A stretch of 64,000 nucleotides of DNA from a virus (IMGVR_UViG_3300012075_000001:15804-79803), one strand, 5' to 3'. Counted from the stretch's first letter, positions 38,392 through 48,283 are shown. Notes: generated by a model from the letters alone, not told the origin. A program made the numbers and translations.

Positions 38392-39501
38392 ATGACTGAT
38401 AATACCGAAAATACAATTGAACCAATCGCATTAAAACAAGCATCCGTCACTACCAGCGTTCGTGATCTTGGCGAATTTACTGTCAAATCTAACGCAATTC
38501 GTTTTTCTGACCCTTGTTACAACAATGACACATGGTGCAAAGGCTCAATGCCTGCGCTTAATGGTCAATGGCAAGCAAAATTAGGCTTCTTTCGTGATTC
38601 CTATGATGAGAAATCGCTAAAAGATGGCATTGCAATTCAAACTAAAGCGCACGAGATTGTAAAAGCGCTTACCTTTTCAGTGAAATCTGAATTAGAGATA
38701 TTAAAAAATACATTAAACGAATTTGTAAAAGAGCATAAGCCTAAACAAATTCCCTATCGCCAATTAAACCTGACCGACCTTACAAAGCCGATTGTTGACG
38801 ATATTGTCAAATTCTCACATGACAGCATTGAACCGCACAGTTGGCGAACCCCGTCTGAATCTGCTCTTTCCACCCTTCTTGACATTCTTGATCTTATTTT
38901 GGGTGTGTCGCATAGAATTCCTGATCGTTGGAGCTACCGCATCGCAATGGCAGAGTTTCAAGCGAACAAAGCTGAGAACAAAACAGACGAACAGCGCTAT
39001 GAAGATGCCAAGACTGTTTTGCTAGAAACACTAAATAGCGGTATCGAAAAAAGTCAAAAGGCTTTTGATGAAGGTTGTCCACGCCGTACCCAATTTTTGC
39101 ACATAAAGCATGAGTCTGTAGTGGATTTCACCCCATTAGACCAAGAAGTGTGGCTTGAAAATTCTGCGTTTGATGTAGGCGTTGATTCTGGTCAAGCTGG
39201 CTTCTTTGACGAGAATTGGTACGCAGAATATGGCAACGAGAAAGATGACAACAATCGCAGCGCCAAGTGGGAAGAGATTTACAGCAAGTTATGCGATCTA
39301 ACATTAGGTCAATACAGAATTGATCCAGAAACAGGTGAGCGCGCTGAATACAACTATGCAGGCACTTTCGAGTTTGGCTGCAACGGTCAGACAGCACACG
39401 GTGATGGCTCAGCCCCTCTCTACTACCGTACAGATGAAGATGGAAATGTAATCGAAGCGGTTTACCACTACGACATCGATTGGGAAGAGGAGGATGAATA
39501 A
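38392..39501 (+). CDS. hypothetical protein
   Basis: ORF only. Confidence 0.4.
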   Translation: MTDNTENTIEPIALKQASVTTSVRDLGEFTVKSNAIRFSDPCYNNDTWCKGSMPALNGQWQAKLGFFRDSYDEKSLKDGIAIQTKAHEIVKALTFSVKSELEILKNTLNEFVKEHKPKQIPYRQLNLTDLTKPIVDDIVKFSHDSIEPHSWRTPSESALSTLLDILDLILGVSHRIPDRWSYRIAMAEFQANKAENKTDEQRYEDAKTVLLETLNSGIEKSQKAFDEGCPRRTQFLHIKHESVVDFTPLDQEVWLENSAFDVGVDSGQAGFFDENWYAEYGNEKDDNNRSAKWEEIYSKLCDLTLGQYRIDPETGERAEYNYAGTFEFGCNGQTAHGDGSAPLYYRTDEDGNVIEAVYHYDIDWEEEDE

Positions 39502-40022
39502 TGGACAATTTTTTACTACTCGCCAATTTTGAAACAGCGGTTCGCATACACGAAATGAAAGGCAGTCAGCCTCCTGAAGATCATGAAGCAATCGAAGCTG
39601 AATTTGTCAAAGCGCAAAAAGCTCTAATAGAAGCGCTCACAAACCCGAAGCTCGCCAATGACTGCATGATTAATCAAGTGTGGTTTATGAAGGGTTCGCC
39701 CGTATCTGAGCTAATTAAGCACGCTGAAGGTGTTTATAAAGCTGAAGCGGTAGCGCAGAACTCAAAAATCGAATTTGGCACCGATGATAATGAAATTTGG
39801 TGGGCGCATGACGTTCCCTTTTTCGGTCGAGTTCAGCTGCAACGATTTGTAGAACACGGCATTGTCGAATGGGACATCCATTTTAATGAATGTTGGCAAG
39901 GTCCTTTTGAATCTAAAGCCAGAGCAATTCTACATCTTGAAGAATGCATCGCTGAAAAACGCGAAGAGGCTAAATCAAATACTGCATTGGATGATTCAAA
40001 TGCTAGTGACATTGATGACTGA
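39501..40022 (+). CDS. hypothetical protein
   Basis: TAATG-coupled. Confidence 0.4.
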   Translation: MDNFLLLANFETAVRIHEMKGSQPPEDHEAIEAEFVKAQKALIEALTNPKLANDCMINQVWFMKGSPVSELIKHAEGVYKAEAVAQNSKIEFGTDDNEIWWAHDVPFFGRVQLQRFVEHGIVEWDIHFNECWQGPFESKARAILHLEECIAEKREEAKSNTALDDSNASDIDD

Positions 40023-40482
40023 TGCAAGCCACTGCCCTGACACTGGCGCCGCTGGGTTTGGATTTTGGTGTGCGTCAGATAGAGGCAAACTTGCAGGCGG
40101 CTCAAAGTTTAGAGGTGTTTTGAAGGATAGCTATGAGGCTGAGTTTAAGGGCGTGGCTAACTCCTTAAAAGCATCAATGAACGCAGGGCTTATTTTGAGT
40201 GGAGATAAGGTGTTAGTGCAACTTGATTGCATTGGAGTGATTTTCTGCTTGGAAGGAAAAAGCAAGCCAAGATGTGATGTTGAAAAAGTACTTAAATACA
40301 TTCGCGACATCGTTAAACAGCACGGTTTAACACTCGAATGTCGTCACGTCAAAGGTCACACCAGAAGGTCGAAAGGCAATAGATTCGCAGCAAATAATCA
40401 TTGTGACAAAAGAGCTAAAACCGCAATGCGTGAAGCTCGAATGTCACTAGAGGCACAAACTTTGCAGCATGACAAGGATTAA
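40015..40482 (+). CDS. RNase H-like protein
   Basis: DTGAAGFGF...LVQLDC...HVKGHT...ANNHCDKRAK follows the RNase HI motif order (DGS..G, TDS, VKGH...NE.AD.LA). Confidence 0.5.
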   Translation: MTDASHCPDTGAAGFGFWCASDRGKLAGGSKFRGVLKDSYEAEFKGVANSLKASMNAGLILSGDKVLVQLDCIGVIFCLEGKSKPRCDVEKVLKYIRDIVKQHGLTLECRHVKGHTRRSKGNRFAANNHCDKRAKTAMREARMSLEAQTLQHDKD

Positions 40483-40578
40483 ACGAGCCATGAAACAGAT
40501 TAATGATTTAGGTGCAGAAACAAGCAACACAAATTTAGACGGGACGATAGATCCTGAAGCGATTGAGGTAGAGCAATC

Positions 40579-41064
40579 ATGAAAGCAAGCGAAGTAAATC
40601 TCGACTACCTTGTTCCCCACTTATCAAGAGTGGCTTTAAAGAACAAGTTGGCATTTGAAATATCAAGCGTTGACGTTTCAAGAGTTGGCGAAATGAAACA
40701 TTACTTCGTCACGTTTCTCAATTCGCATGATAACGAATTTTTGGCTCTTACTTACGATTTTAAAGGGCAAGTTATCAAGCATGCGGGAATTCCTCTCAAT
40801 TTAGGTGAAGATTGGAACATCATTGACATGGGCATGTATATCAAAATGCTTGATATATCAGAGCTTAAAACAGGCACAGTGGTACGCACACAATCCGGTC
40901 AAATTTATACCGTTGGTTTTGTTGAGCGTGTTAGCTGGGGAGGCAATTTTGAGTGGCTGGTCAAGCCGGAAGACCCTAGCTTCAGCATACTCCGATATAA
41001 AAGCAATGGTGTCTGCACTGGCACAGAATCTTTCAACATTATGGGCGTTAAGGTTGAGGACTAA
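40579..41064 (+). CDS. hypothetical protein
   Basis: ORF only. Confidence 0.4.
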   Translation: MKASEVNLDYLVPHLSRVALKNKLAFEISSVDVSRVGEMKHYFVTFLNSHDNEFLALTYDFKGQVIKHAGIPLNLGEDWNIIDMGMYIKMLDISELKTGTVVRTQSGQIYTVGFVERVSWGGNFEWLVKPEDPSFSILRYKSNGVCTGTESFNIMGVKVED

Positions 41065-41067
41065 CTG

Positions 41068-41256
41068 ATGGCATATTTAGTTAAGTGGAGCGAAAAAGGC
41101 ACCATACGTTGCGGCGAAAAGACCGTGAATACACTTCAGCAGGCCCGTGAGTATCTGGAAGATGAAAGCTACTCTGATGGACTTATTGAAATCGTTCTTG
41201 AAGAAGGTTTTTACTCAGGCACATACGATGAAGTAAGCATTGAGGAGGTTAAGTAA
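41068..41256 (+). CDS. hypothetical small protein
   Basis: ORF only. Confidence 0.3.
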   Translation: MAYLVKWSEKGTIRCGEKTVNTLQQAREYLEDESYSDGLIEIVLEEGFYSGTYDEVSIEEVK

Positions 41257-41258
41257 TC

Positions 41259-41687
41259 ATGAAACTTTGGCAGGCATTAAAACAAGCAGACTTTGGCGAA
41301 GTTGGTCGGGAGACTATTAAATGGGACAAAAGTTTGCTCGGCCCTGAAAGCAAGACTCCAATAATTATGCTCACTGACGAAGATGATTTTAACTGGGCGG
41401 AAGTTGATCAGTTTCAAGTTGTCGAACTCAATGAAAGTCGAACCATCATTAATTTTTTGGACAATTCAAATGCATCGCATGACATGGAATTGTTTTCCAA
41501 CAAGCCGGTTGCACTTGAAGAGCCTGTTGCCCCTTACTGGAATTTTAAAGTCTCTGGGGTGGTGCAGATCCGCGCAGAGACAGAACAGGAAGCGGTTGAG
41601 CAAGTCAATCAGTGGATCCTTCTTCAAGGTGAGCGACCCGAAGATATGACTTTAAGCGGCATTAAGCTCCATCGTCTCGAGCAATAA
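41259..41687 (+). CDS. hypothetical protein
   Basis: ORF only. Confidence 0.4.
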   Translation: MKLWQALKQADFGEVGRETIKWDKSLLGPESKTPIIMLTDEDDFNWAEVDQFQVVELNESRTIINFLDNSNASHDMELFSNKPVALEEPVAPYWNFKVSGVVQIRAETEQEAVEQVNQWILLQGERPEDMTLSGIKLHRLEQ

Positions 41688-41778
41688 CACATTGTGCATT
41701 GGCAACTTCAACCCCAATGCACAATATCCAAAAAACTTTCAATATCATTAATTTACGAAAGTTTAAACAGGTTCAACA

Positions 41779-42159
41779 ATGCAAGATAAAACATTCAACC
41801 GTGATGACTTCATGTCATTTTTTCGCGACGAAAACGCGCTTAATACGCTGTCAAATGATGATCGTATAGAAATATTCAAGAGTATCTTGGCAGGCTCTAG
41901 CGACTTAACCGTAACGCTTCTCGACGAATTGTTAAAAAATTACAACGCGTCAGAAATCATAGTTTTGGACGCGCCCAGCTTAGAAGCACAACCTATTCCA
42001 AGCTCAGCAATAACAGCGTTGGAAAAAGTTCGTAAATTTTGTCAAGACAACTATCAGGAAGAGCAAAGGCTATTTGAAGAAGATGGTGACTTTGAGCATT
42101 CATTCAGAACGGATGCTTTTGATGAAGTTCAAAATTTTGTAGAAGGTTTAATGCAATGA
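41779..42159 (+). CDS. hypothetical protein
   Basis: ORF only. Confidence 0.4.
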   Translation: MQDKTFNRDDFMSFFRDENALNTLSNDDRIEIFKSILAGSSDLTVTLLDELLKNYNASEIIVLDAPSLEAQPIPSSAITALEKVRKFCQDNYQEEQRLFEEDGDFEHSFRTDAFDEVQNFVEGLMQ

Positions 42160-42848
42160 AAGATTTTTTAGCGCCAGAAGAAGGTTATAAACACTACAAA
42201 GCAGACCTAAAGCTAAGTGAAAAATGGATCGAAGTTCCTAGCGATGCTGAAACCGTCACATACTCCAATGCTAAACATGGTGAGTGTGTTTTATTTTGGA
42301 AGAAAAGTCATGAAAAAAACTTAGGCAATCGAGAAGTCATTTTTGACCCAACGCGCGCAGACAAGGGCTGGTTTGTAGGTGGAAATGACCTTCAGGGACA
42401 TTTAGATTCCGATTCATATCAAGGGCGAATAATTTGGCGTTGGAATCAATCTCAAGCTAGGCGTCTTTTAAGCGGTGCGGAGGCTAAAATAGCTTGGGCC
42501 AACGGTAATCTAATTCAAACTTTAACGCGAAATGGCGACAATTCTTGGCACGATTTAATAAATAGCGAAGCAACATTAGACGTTTTTGAAAATCCTCTAT
42601 TTTTCAGACTAAAACCCAAAACAATAGTCGTAAATGGAATAGAAATACCGGCACCTGAGCAGCCAATAATGGGTGAGTGGTTTTACTATTTATCTACAGA
42701 GTTTAAAGAAGGTTATTCCAGTCGCCGCCTGCATGACGATACGCCTGAATATTTATATCAATATGGCGCTTGGCTGGATGAGCGCGATATGCAGGAGGTG
42801 GTTAAAGCTTATCGTTCTTTTGCTCGGGAGACTGGCAATGAAGGTTAG
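42156..42848 (+). CDS. hypothetical protein
   Basis: ORF only. Confidence 0.4.
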   Translation: MKDFLAPEEGYKHYKADLKLSEKWIEVPSDAETVTYSNAKHGECVLFWKKSHEKNLGNREVIFDPTRADKGWFVGGNDLQGHLDSDSYQGRIIWRWNQSQARRLLSGAEAKIAWANGNLIQTLTRNGDNSWHDLINSEATLDVFENPLFFRLKPKTIVVNGIEIPAPEQPIMGEWFYYLSTEFKEGYSSRRLHDDTPEYLYQYGAWLDERDMQEVVKAYRSFARETGNEG

Positions 42849-43314
42849 AGTTGAGTTTGAAATTCCTGAACTTGAATGGGTAAACGTGCCTACTAATTAC
42901 AATACGCCTATCGGTGAGTTTGCAGATATACACCATGTTAACGCCATTCAAGATCTGATTGAGTATCTTCAGCGCCTTAATGAGATTGAGTGGATTATTA
43001 ATGCAAACCATCAACACGTCCGCCATCCTTTCTGTCGTGAATTGGTTCGTGACCGCCTTCGCTTTGTGCCAGAGAGTCAAATTTGGTGGGTGGGTGAACA
43101 ATTAAGTCACTTCTTAATGAGTTTCAGAAAGTATTCAGGACTTAAATTTTCAGAATACAAATTTACCTATCAAGTCCTTTCGAACGGTAAAAAGGTTCAA
43201 ATTAAAGGCTATACCCAACTTTTTAACACTGAGGAAGAAGCAATACGTCATCGCGTTCACGTTTGTACATCTGGAAAAGACTTTGATTTTGAAATTTTGG
43301 AGAACGAAGCATGA
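42838..43314 (+). CDS. hypothetical protein
   Basis: SD GGGAGA before ATG 42838. Confidence 0.4.
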   Translation: MKVRVEFEIPELEWVNVPTNYNTPIGEFADIHHVNAIQDLIEYLQRLNEIEWIINANHQHVRHPFCRELVRDRLRFVPESQIWWVGEQLSHFLMSFRKYSGLKFSEYKFTYQVLSNGKKVQIKGYTQLFNTEEEAIRHRVHVCTSGKDFDFEILENEA

Positions 43315-43652
43315 GTATTGCAAAAGTTCGATATTGGACAACAAGCGAAATTAATAAGCTAATCGTCCTGCACTCAAAAGATACGCCAATTGCAGAAATT
43401 GCGAAGGAGTTAAACAGAACTGTAGGCACCATCAATGCATCAATTGCACGGCTGCGTAAGAGTGGCAAAATGCCTCCAGCAAAAACAGCACTGGAACATA
43501 TCGGTAGTGTAGATAAAGCCAAAAAGCTTATTGCTGAGGCTGAATCACGCGGATTTAAAACGATACCGATCAAAACGGACAATGGCTATTCACAAACGTA
43601 TATCCATCGTTTACGCACTTTGATTCAAAAAGCGGAGCAAAGAGCGGCATGA
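43311..43652 (+). CDS. HTH protein (sigma region-4-like)
   Basis: TPIAEIAKELNRTVGTINASIARLRK. Confidence 0.4.
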   Translation: MSIAKVRYWTTSEINKLIVLHSKDTPIAEIAKELNRTVGTINASIARLRKSGKMPPAKTALEHIGSVDKAKKLIAEAESRGFKTIPIKTDNGYSQTYIHRLRTLIQKAEQRAA

Positions 43653-43864
43653 GTGAGATTAACAAAGAAGCACGAGAGCTTTTTCATGAAGGCTTTGATT
43701 TGGGATTGATAAGCGAGTCCGAGCAGTTAAGAACCACGCTCCAAATGCGTCAAATCGCTGTCGATAATCACAAGAAGCATTTGGCAGAAATTGACTCTTG
43801 GATTAAAAATCAAAAGAATGGCTTAAAACGTCGTATCGCTCAGGTAAAAGGGGTGAAAGCATGA
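43649..43864 (+). CDS. hypothetical small protein
   Basis: ORF only. Confidence 0.3.
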   Translation: MSEINKEARELFHEGFDLGLISESEQLRTTLQMRQIAVDNHKKHLAEIDSWIKNQKNGLKRRIAQVKGVKA

Positions 43865-44079
43865 CTTGCAGAAGAATACCCGGCGGTTTCATGTGCCTGG
43901 TTCCAACTTTCAGATTGCGCTTACTCGATGGGCGATATGTTTACATGACGTGGAACAATTACTGTGGCCCGCTCTTTTCACATGATCGCGACGAAACACG
44001 TGTGATTGAAGATTGGCACAAGGACGAAATGTTGTGTAAGGCGGTTGATTGGTTTGTTAAAAGAGGCAAGAAGGCATGA
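43861..44079 (+). CDS. hypothetical small protein
   Basis: ORF only. Confidence 0.3.
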   Translation: MTCRRIPGGFMCLVPTFRLRLLDGRYVYMTWNNYCGPLFSHDRDETRVIEDWHKDEMLCKAVDWFVKRGKKA

Positions 44080-44232
44080 AGCCACTGTTAATAATCTTGG
44101 CTTGTGTTGCGTTACTTGGATGCACAGCCAGCTCAATCAGCACCAATGTAAATATCAGCGTTTGCATGCAATGCGTGCAATATGGCTAAAACACAAGGCA
44201 ACACTCGTTGCCTTTGCACCCCCTATTGCTAG

Positions 44233-44607
44233 TTGAGAAGATGCTTACATCAACAAAACAGGTTTAAAGTCATGCAAATAGAAGTATTTACAAATGAAGT
44301 TGAAGCAGCTGATTATGCTGAAAATATATCTAAACAATGTAGCGCTCTTCATGATGGAGATATGATGCTCCTATCGCAAGGAAAAGTGGTTCTTGAAGCC
44401 GTTGTTTGCGAAGTTGAAGAAGGTATCAAAGCGCTAATATACGAATTTCAAAGCGCTGATATTTGCAACCTTTCAGAGTTAGACGGTTACGATTATTTTG
44501 AATCTCAAGATTTTGTAAAATTGACTGTATTTGATAACGCGAAAGAAGCAAAAGAGTTCATGTTGGCTCGCGCAACTGAATCAATGATGCTAAACAGTCT
44601 CATATAA
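44233..44607 (+). CDS. hypothetical protein
   Basis: Terminator follows. Confidence 0.4.
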   Translation: MRRCLHQQNRFKVMQIEVFTNEVEAADYAENISKQCSALHDGDMMLLSQGKVVLEAVVCEVEEGIKALIYEFQSADICNLSELDGYDYFESQDFVKLTVFDNAKEAKEFMLARATESMMLNSLI

Positions 44608-44612
44608 AACCT

Positions 44613-44638
44613 CAAACCGTCTTGATGACGGTTTTTTA
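44613..44638 (+). terminator. rho-independent terminator
   Basis: AACCGTC-TTGATG-GACGGTTTTTT. Confidence 0.7.
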
Positions 44639-44644
44639 ATAATA

Positions 44645-44730
44645 ATAACAACTCCTAAGCCATTGATAGTAAGTCCAAAATATTATTGAGAAAATCTTTC
44701 TATCGAAACAAGCAACATAGAGTTATACAA
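44645..44730 (+). repeat. conserved ~70-nt leader element, copy A
   Basis: CCTAAGCCA...ATTGAGAAAAT..CT(C/T)TATCGAAACAAGCAACATAGAG immediately before the ATG. Confidence 0.5.
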
Positions 44731-45309
44731 ATGCAAGTTACATTACATCGCACAGCTAAATTCTCTACAGACGCAATTGTTACAGGATTTGAAAAACCGT
44801 TTATATTGTCTTTATACGCAGATCACTTGCGGTCCATGATGTCTCTGAATAGTGAGAGAAGCAGCGCTTTCATTCAAGAAAACGTAACGCCCAACTCAAA
44901 AGCTCCAGTTAGAGATGACGAACCTTTCCATTATTGTCACAAAGCTCGTGAGCTAACTGAAGAAGAAATAGAAGAGCTTTTCTCAAATCCTCGTGATTAT
45001 GAGTTCTATGATGACTCATATTCTTATTACAGCACTATAGACTTGTCGCATTTATCACATGAGCAGCACAAAACCATAAATTGTGCTATCTCAGCGATAA
45101 ATGATGCTACATGCGGATTTAATGACTATTACGATCGAGAAGAAAGCGAAGACAAAGATGGTTATATTCATGATTATGACAATGCAGAACGTTTAATTGT
45201 CGATCTTGATGCGTGTACAGTCCAATACATGAACGGTTATAAAACTAATTCTGATCATCATCCTGTAGTTTCGTATAAATACGCATTAATTCCATATACA
45301 ACAGAATAA
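44731..45309 (+). CDS. hypothetical protein, paralog of 48358-48849
   Basis: Shared block YYSTIDLSHL(S/T)HEQHK and M(Q/K)VT(L/A)HR start. Conserved leader upstream. Confidence 0.45.
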   Translation: MQVTLHRTAKFSTDAIVTGFEKPFILSLYADHLRSMMSLNSERSSAFIQENVTPNSKAPVRDDEPFHYCHKARELTEEEIEELFSNPRDYEFYDDSYSYYSTIDLSHLSHEQHKTINCAISAINDATCGFNDYYDREESEDKDGYIHDYDNAERLIVDLDACTVQYMNGYKTNSDHHPVVSYKYALIPYTTE

Positions 45310-45319
45310 AGAATTAATT

Positions 45320-45347
45320 CAACCGCTCCATTATGAGCGGTTTTTCT
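45320..45347 (+). terminator. rho-independent terminator
   Basis: ACCGCTC-CATTAT-GAGCGGTTTTT. Confidence 0.7.
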
Positions 45348-45354
45348 TTATAAA

Positions 45355-45437
45355 TAACAACGCCTAAGCCACAAATTGTTTGTCCAAATACCGATTGAGA
45401 AAATAACTCTATCGAAACAAACAAAGCGATTTTTAAA
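45355..45437 (+). repeat. conserved leader element, copy B (partial 3' half)
   Basis: ACGCCTAAGCCA...GATTGAGAAAATAACTCTATCGAAACAA. Confidence 0.45.
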
Positions 45438-45980
45438 ATGACTAACGAAACTAATGATCAAGTGACTATAGAGCAATTTTTAGCGAAGTTTTCAAACCCT
45501 GATAACAACAAACGTTTTCGCTTAGAAGGCTTCAGTTTTACGCATCAACACGGTTTTAACCTTTACTTTGACGAATACGACGACTTTAAAGACGAGTTAG
45601 GCGATGTAGAAATCGAGTTCTGGCAGCTGGAAGACACTTGGGCCAATGAAGAGATTAAAGTTTCATCTTTCAGCACTCTTGAAACGATAGTTGAGTTTTT
45701 AGTAAGCCTTAATCTTGATGAAGTTAAAGAAGTTGGCGTATACGCAGCTTTAGTCGAAGGTAACTATGCTGATTGGTCAAATGTAAAAGAGTGGCACGAA
45801 GAGCATTATGTTTGTGACTATGAAAACGACGATGACTTTGGACGCTACTTAATTGATGAATTATCCGCTTTAGATATACCTGAAGACATACAAGGCTATT
45901 TTGATTACGAACGCTACGGGCGCGATGCTCTATTAAGCGATTACTGCAAAGCTGAAGGAAAAGTTTACCGAAACTGCTAA
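45438..45980 (+). CDS. acidic hypothetical protein
   Basis: Partial copy of the conserved leader upstream. Terminator downstream. Confidence 0.45.
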   Translation: MTNETNDQVTIEQFLAKFSNPDNNKRFRLEGFSFTHQHGFNLYFDEYDDFKDELGDVEIEFWQLEDTWANEEIKVSSFSTLETIVEFLVSLNLDEVKEVGVYAALVEGNYADWSNVKEWHEEHYVCDYENDDDFGRYLIDELSALDIPEDIQGYFDYERYGRDALLSDYCKAEGKVYRNC

Positions 45981-45985
45981 ACAAC

Positions 45986-46016
45986 AAAGGCGCCGTAATA
46001 GCGCCTTTTCTTTTGT
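45986..46016 (+). terminator. rho-independent terminator
   Basis: AAGGCGC-CGTAATA-GCGCCTTTTCTTTT. Confidence 0.7.
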
Positions 46017-46283
46017 CTAATCACTTCATGGCTTTAAGCATCAAATAAATGAGCCCTACCGCTCCAAGAACAATAAATGCGGTCAACATGCGCCGTACTC
46101 AATTCATATCACATGCAATCATTATAACCATCGCAATAGGAAACACTATAGGCAACATAAGCGCCTCCACTTCTGTGTCCTACCCGGTATTTATACAATG
46201 CTCATATCAAGACAACGAAGCGCTGTAGTAATACAAATCGTGTGTATTGATAGATAAAAACGGTCTCACAAGCCACCTTTAAG

Positions 46284-46322
46284 CCAGCTCTATTCCCCCT
46301 ATTCGAGAGCTGGCTCTTTTTA
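46284..46322 (+). terminator. terminator-like hairpin inside noncoding region
   Basis: GCCAGCTCT-(13 nt)-AGAGCTGGC-TCTTTTTA. Confidence 0.45.
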
Positions 46323-47164
46323 TGCAAAATCAGCAAAAACAGGCAGTTAGAGCAATATTATTGTATATCATTGATTTATAGGAAATTTTACACAAATAAA
46401 CTGACTTGTAACTAACTCATAACTTACCCAACCGCCCTTATTATTGTCAGATAAGTAAACACACCCAATTTAACTCTTCATAATCACTCATAACAGCGCG
46501 CTAGAGACGCTTTAAACCTAAAGATGGTGAATCACTCATAACATACCTAAAACGCTCTCTAAAGCAATTCTATGCGCAATTACTAAATTAGGTTTTTGGC
46601 TATATCCGCGGCTAAACGTTATAACAAACAATCAGGCTTTCTTAAAGGCACAATTCATAATATCCGTATTATCGTAATATCATATTCCCATACGCCCATA
46701 CATACATACGGTAATATCGTAATACGCTAACAAACATATAGATCAAACAACGCATTTTTTAAAACGTATTCTAATAAAGAGAACTTACTATAAAACAATC
46801 TAACTACTCTACTGCTAACCCATAGAACAGCTAATCACATAACACACGCGCAATTTCATAACGCTATCTAAATAATCAAACTACCAATAAACCTTACTTC
46901 TCTATACGCTACTAAAACAAATCAATTAACACTGACAAAAACAATAACAATGACACGGACAATGATAAGTAAGCGCTGAACACTATATACACCAAGGATA
47001 GAGAGAATAACTCATATAACAATGATTCATCATACACGGATACATAGAGCCATAGGAAGTATGCATATAGGAGTTTATAAAGGAGTGATACATAGAGAGG
47101 GGAGTTGTGCAGTGTGCAGGAAGCGACCGAAGGGAGCGGTGGATTCAATCGATTAAAAAATTGT

Positions 47165-47245
47165 CTCCGCCAAGTTTCTTACACTTGCAAAGTCAGTAAC
47201 TACTGACTAAACTTTCGAACGAAAGTTTTCACCGCTTGGCGGTGG
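47165..47245 (+). promoter_or_regulatory. palindromic motif nested inside a long inverted repeat, no -10
   Basis: CCGCCAAG...AGTCAGTAACTACTGACT...AAACTTTCGAACGAAAGTTT...CTTGGCGG. Confidence 0.4.
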
Positions 47246-47751
47246 ACCCATTTTGCTTTTGATAGGGGTGCGTTTTACTTAGGGTCGACGTTTACCAACT
47301 ACGGAATGTTAGCATTTCGATGTGGCGTAGATTAAGTAATTGCCTTCTCCCTTCCTTCTCGTTTAATTGTCTTTTTAGGCTACGGGGGGGAAGGGGGGGC
47401 ATTTTCACTTCTTCTAACGTTTTCACATCGGAATGGTGTAATACTTTAAAAGCTTATAAGAACAATGAAAAATCCCAATGAAATTCCTGAACAAACTAAT
47501 TTTCCAAAAATCACATATACACACTGGCAAATGGCACAAAAATTTCGTCGCCGAGGCAAATCCACAAAGCCAACAATTCAATTATCCACGGCGCACCCAA
47601 GGCATGTTCCACGCAAAAGTTGGCGAATCCTTGGGTGAAACATGCGGCTAATCGGAAGAGGCGATTGATGAATATCACTACGCCATGCGGTGTATGTCCA
47701 GCTGCTAAATATCACAATGCACATATCGAAAACGTATAGAGAGAAACGGCA

Positions 47752-47973
47752 ATGAGTGAAGATGTTAAAAGTATAGATGTGGAGAACTTCCACGTTGAAA
47801 TCAATGCCAAGACTCAGCGCGGCTGGTTTGAGCATGACGAAGAAGAAATTGAAGGCGGTCTGTGGTTCCAAGACAATGTGCTTGTTGACTATGACGGCGT
47901 ATTTGAACTACCAGTGGCGGTGACACATGCCATTCACCAATTGGGCTTTCGTGTGGAGTGTGAAGATATATGA
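47752..47973 (+). CDS. hypothetical small protein
   Basis: ORF after the long noncoding region. Confidence 0.35.
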   Translation: MSEDVKSIDVENFHVEINAKTQRGWFEHDEEEIEGGLWFQDNVLVDYDGVFELPVAVTHAIHQLGFRVECEDI

Positions 47974-48140
47974 AGGAATATCAAATCAAGGTAATACGCA
48001 TGGAGGTTATAACTGTGCGGGCCATTAGCAAAGAAGCCGCATTTGACTACGCCGAAGATCCAAAGAATTTTCCACCAAACTCGGAGCTGTTCGACGCCCA
48101 CCTCATAAGTGAGGAAGAGATAAAGGATAAGCCGCTGTAA
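47970..48140 (+). CDS. hypothetical small protein (56 aa), not in supplied ORF track
   Basis: ATGA-coupled to the previous gene. Terminator follows. Confidence 0.3.
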   Translation: MKEYQIKVIRMEVITVRAISKEAAFDYAEDPKNFPPNSELFDAHLISEEEIKDKPL

Positions 48141-48283
48141 TAGGCGGTTTTCTTTTTGGCCACATTCTTGCCTAGGCCAATCCAATTTTCACTCAGGCAC
48201 AGGCCAAGGCATTTTTCATGAGGCTAATCCTCGGCACATCCACGGCGCGGCCAACACACAGGAGACATGCACACAACGCCTAA

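Noticed and set aside
39951-40023. Apparent 1-nt frame inconsistency when re-deriving starts by hand near 39960-40020
   Set aside because: Most likely my own counting error. Coordinates for 39501-40022 and 40015-40482 were taken from the supplied ORF track rather than called as a frameshift or pseudogene.
46912-47148. 78-aa minus-strand ORF in the noncoding region
   Set aside because: Pure LYVS/LF low-complexity translation of the purine-rich stretch; no start context. Treated as noncoding.
46000-47750. Searched for tRNA genes (GTTCGAATC / GGTTCRANYCC T-arm signatures) in the gene-free region
   Set aside because: No convincing T-arm plus acceptor-stem combination found by eye. A tRNA scan would be needed to exclude them fully.
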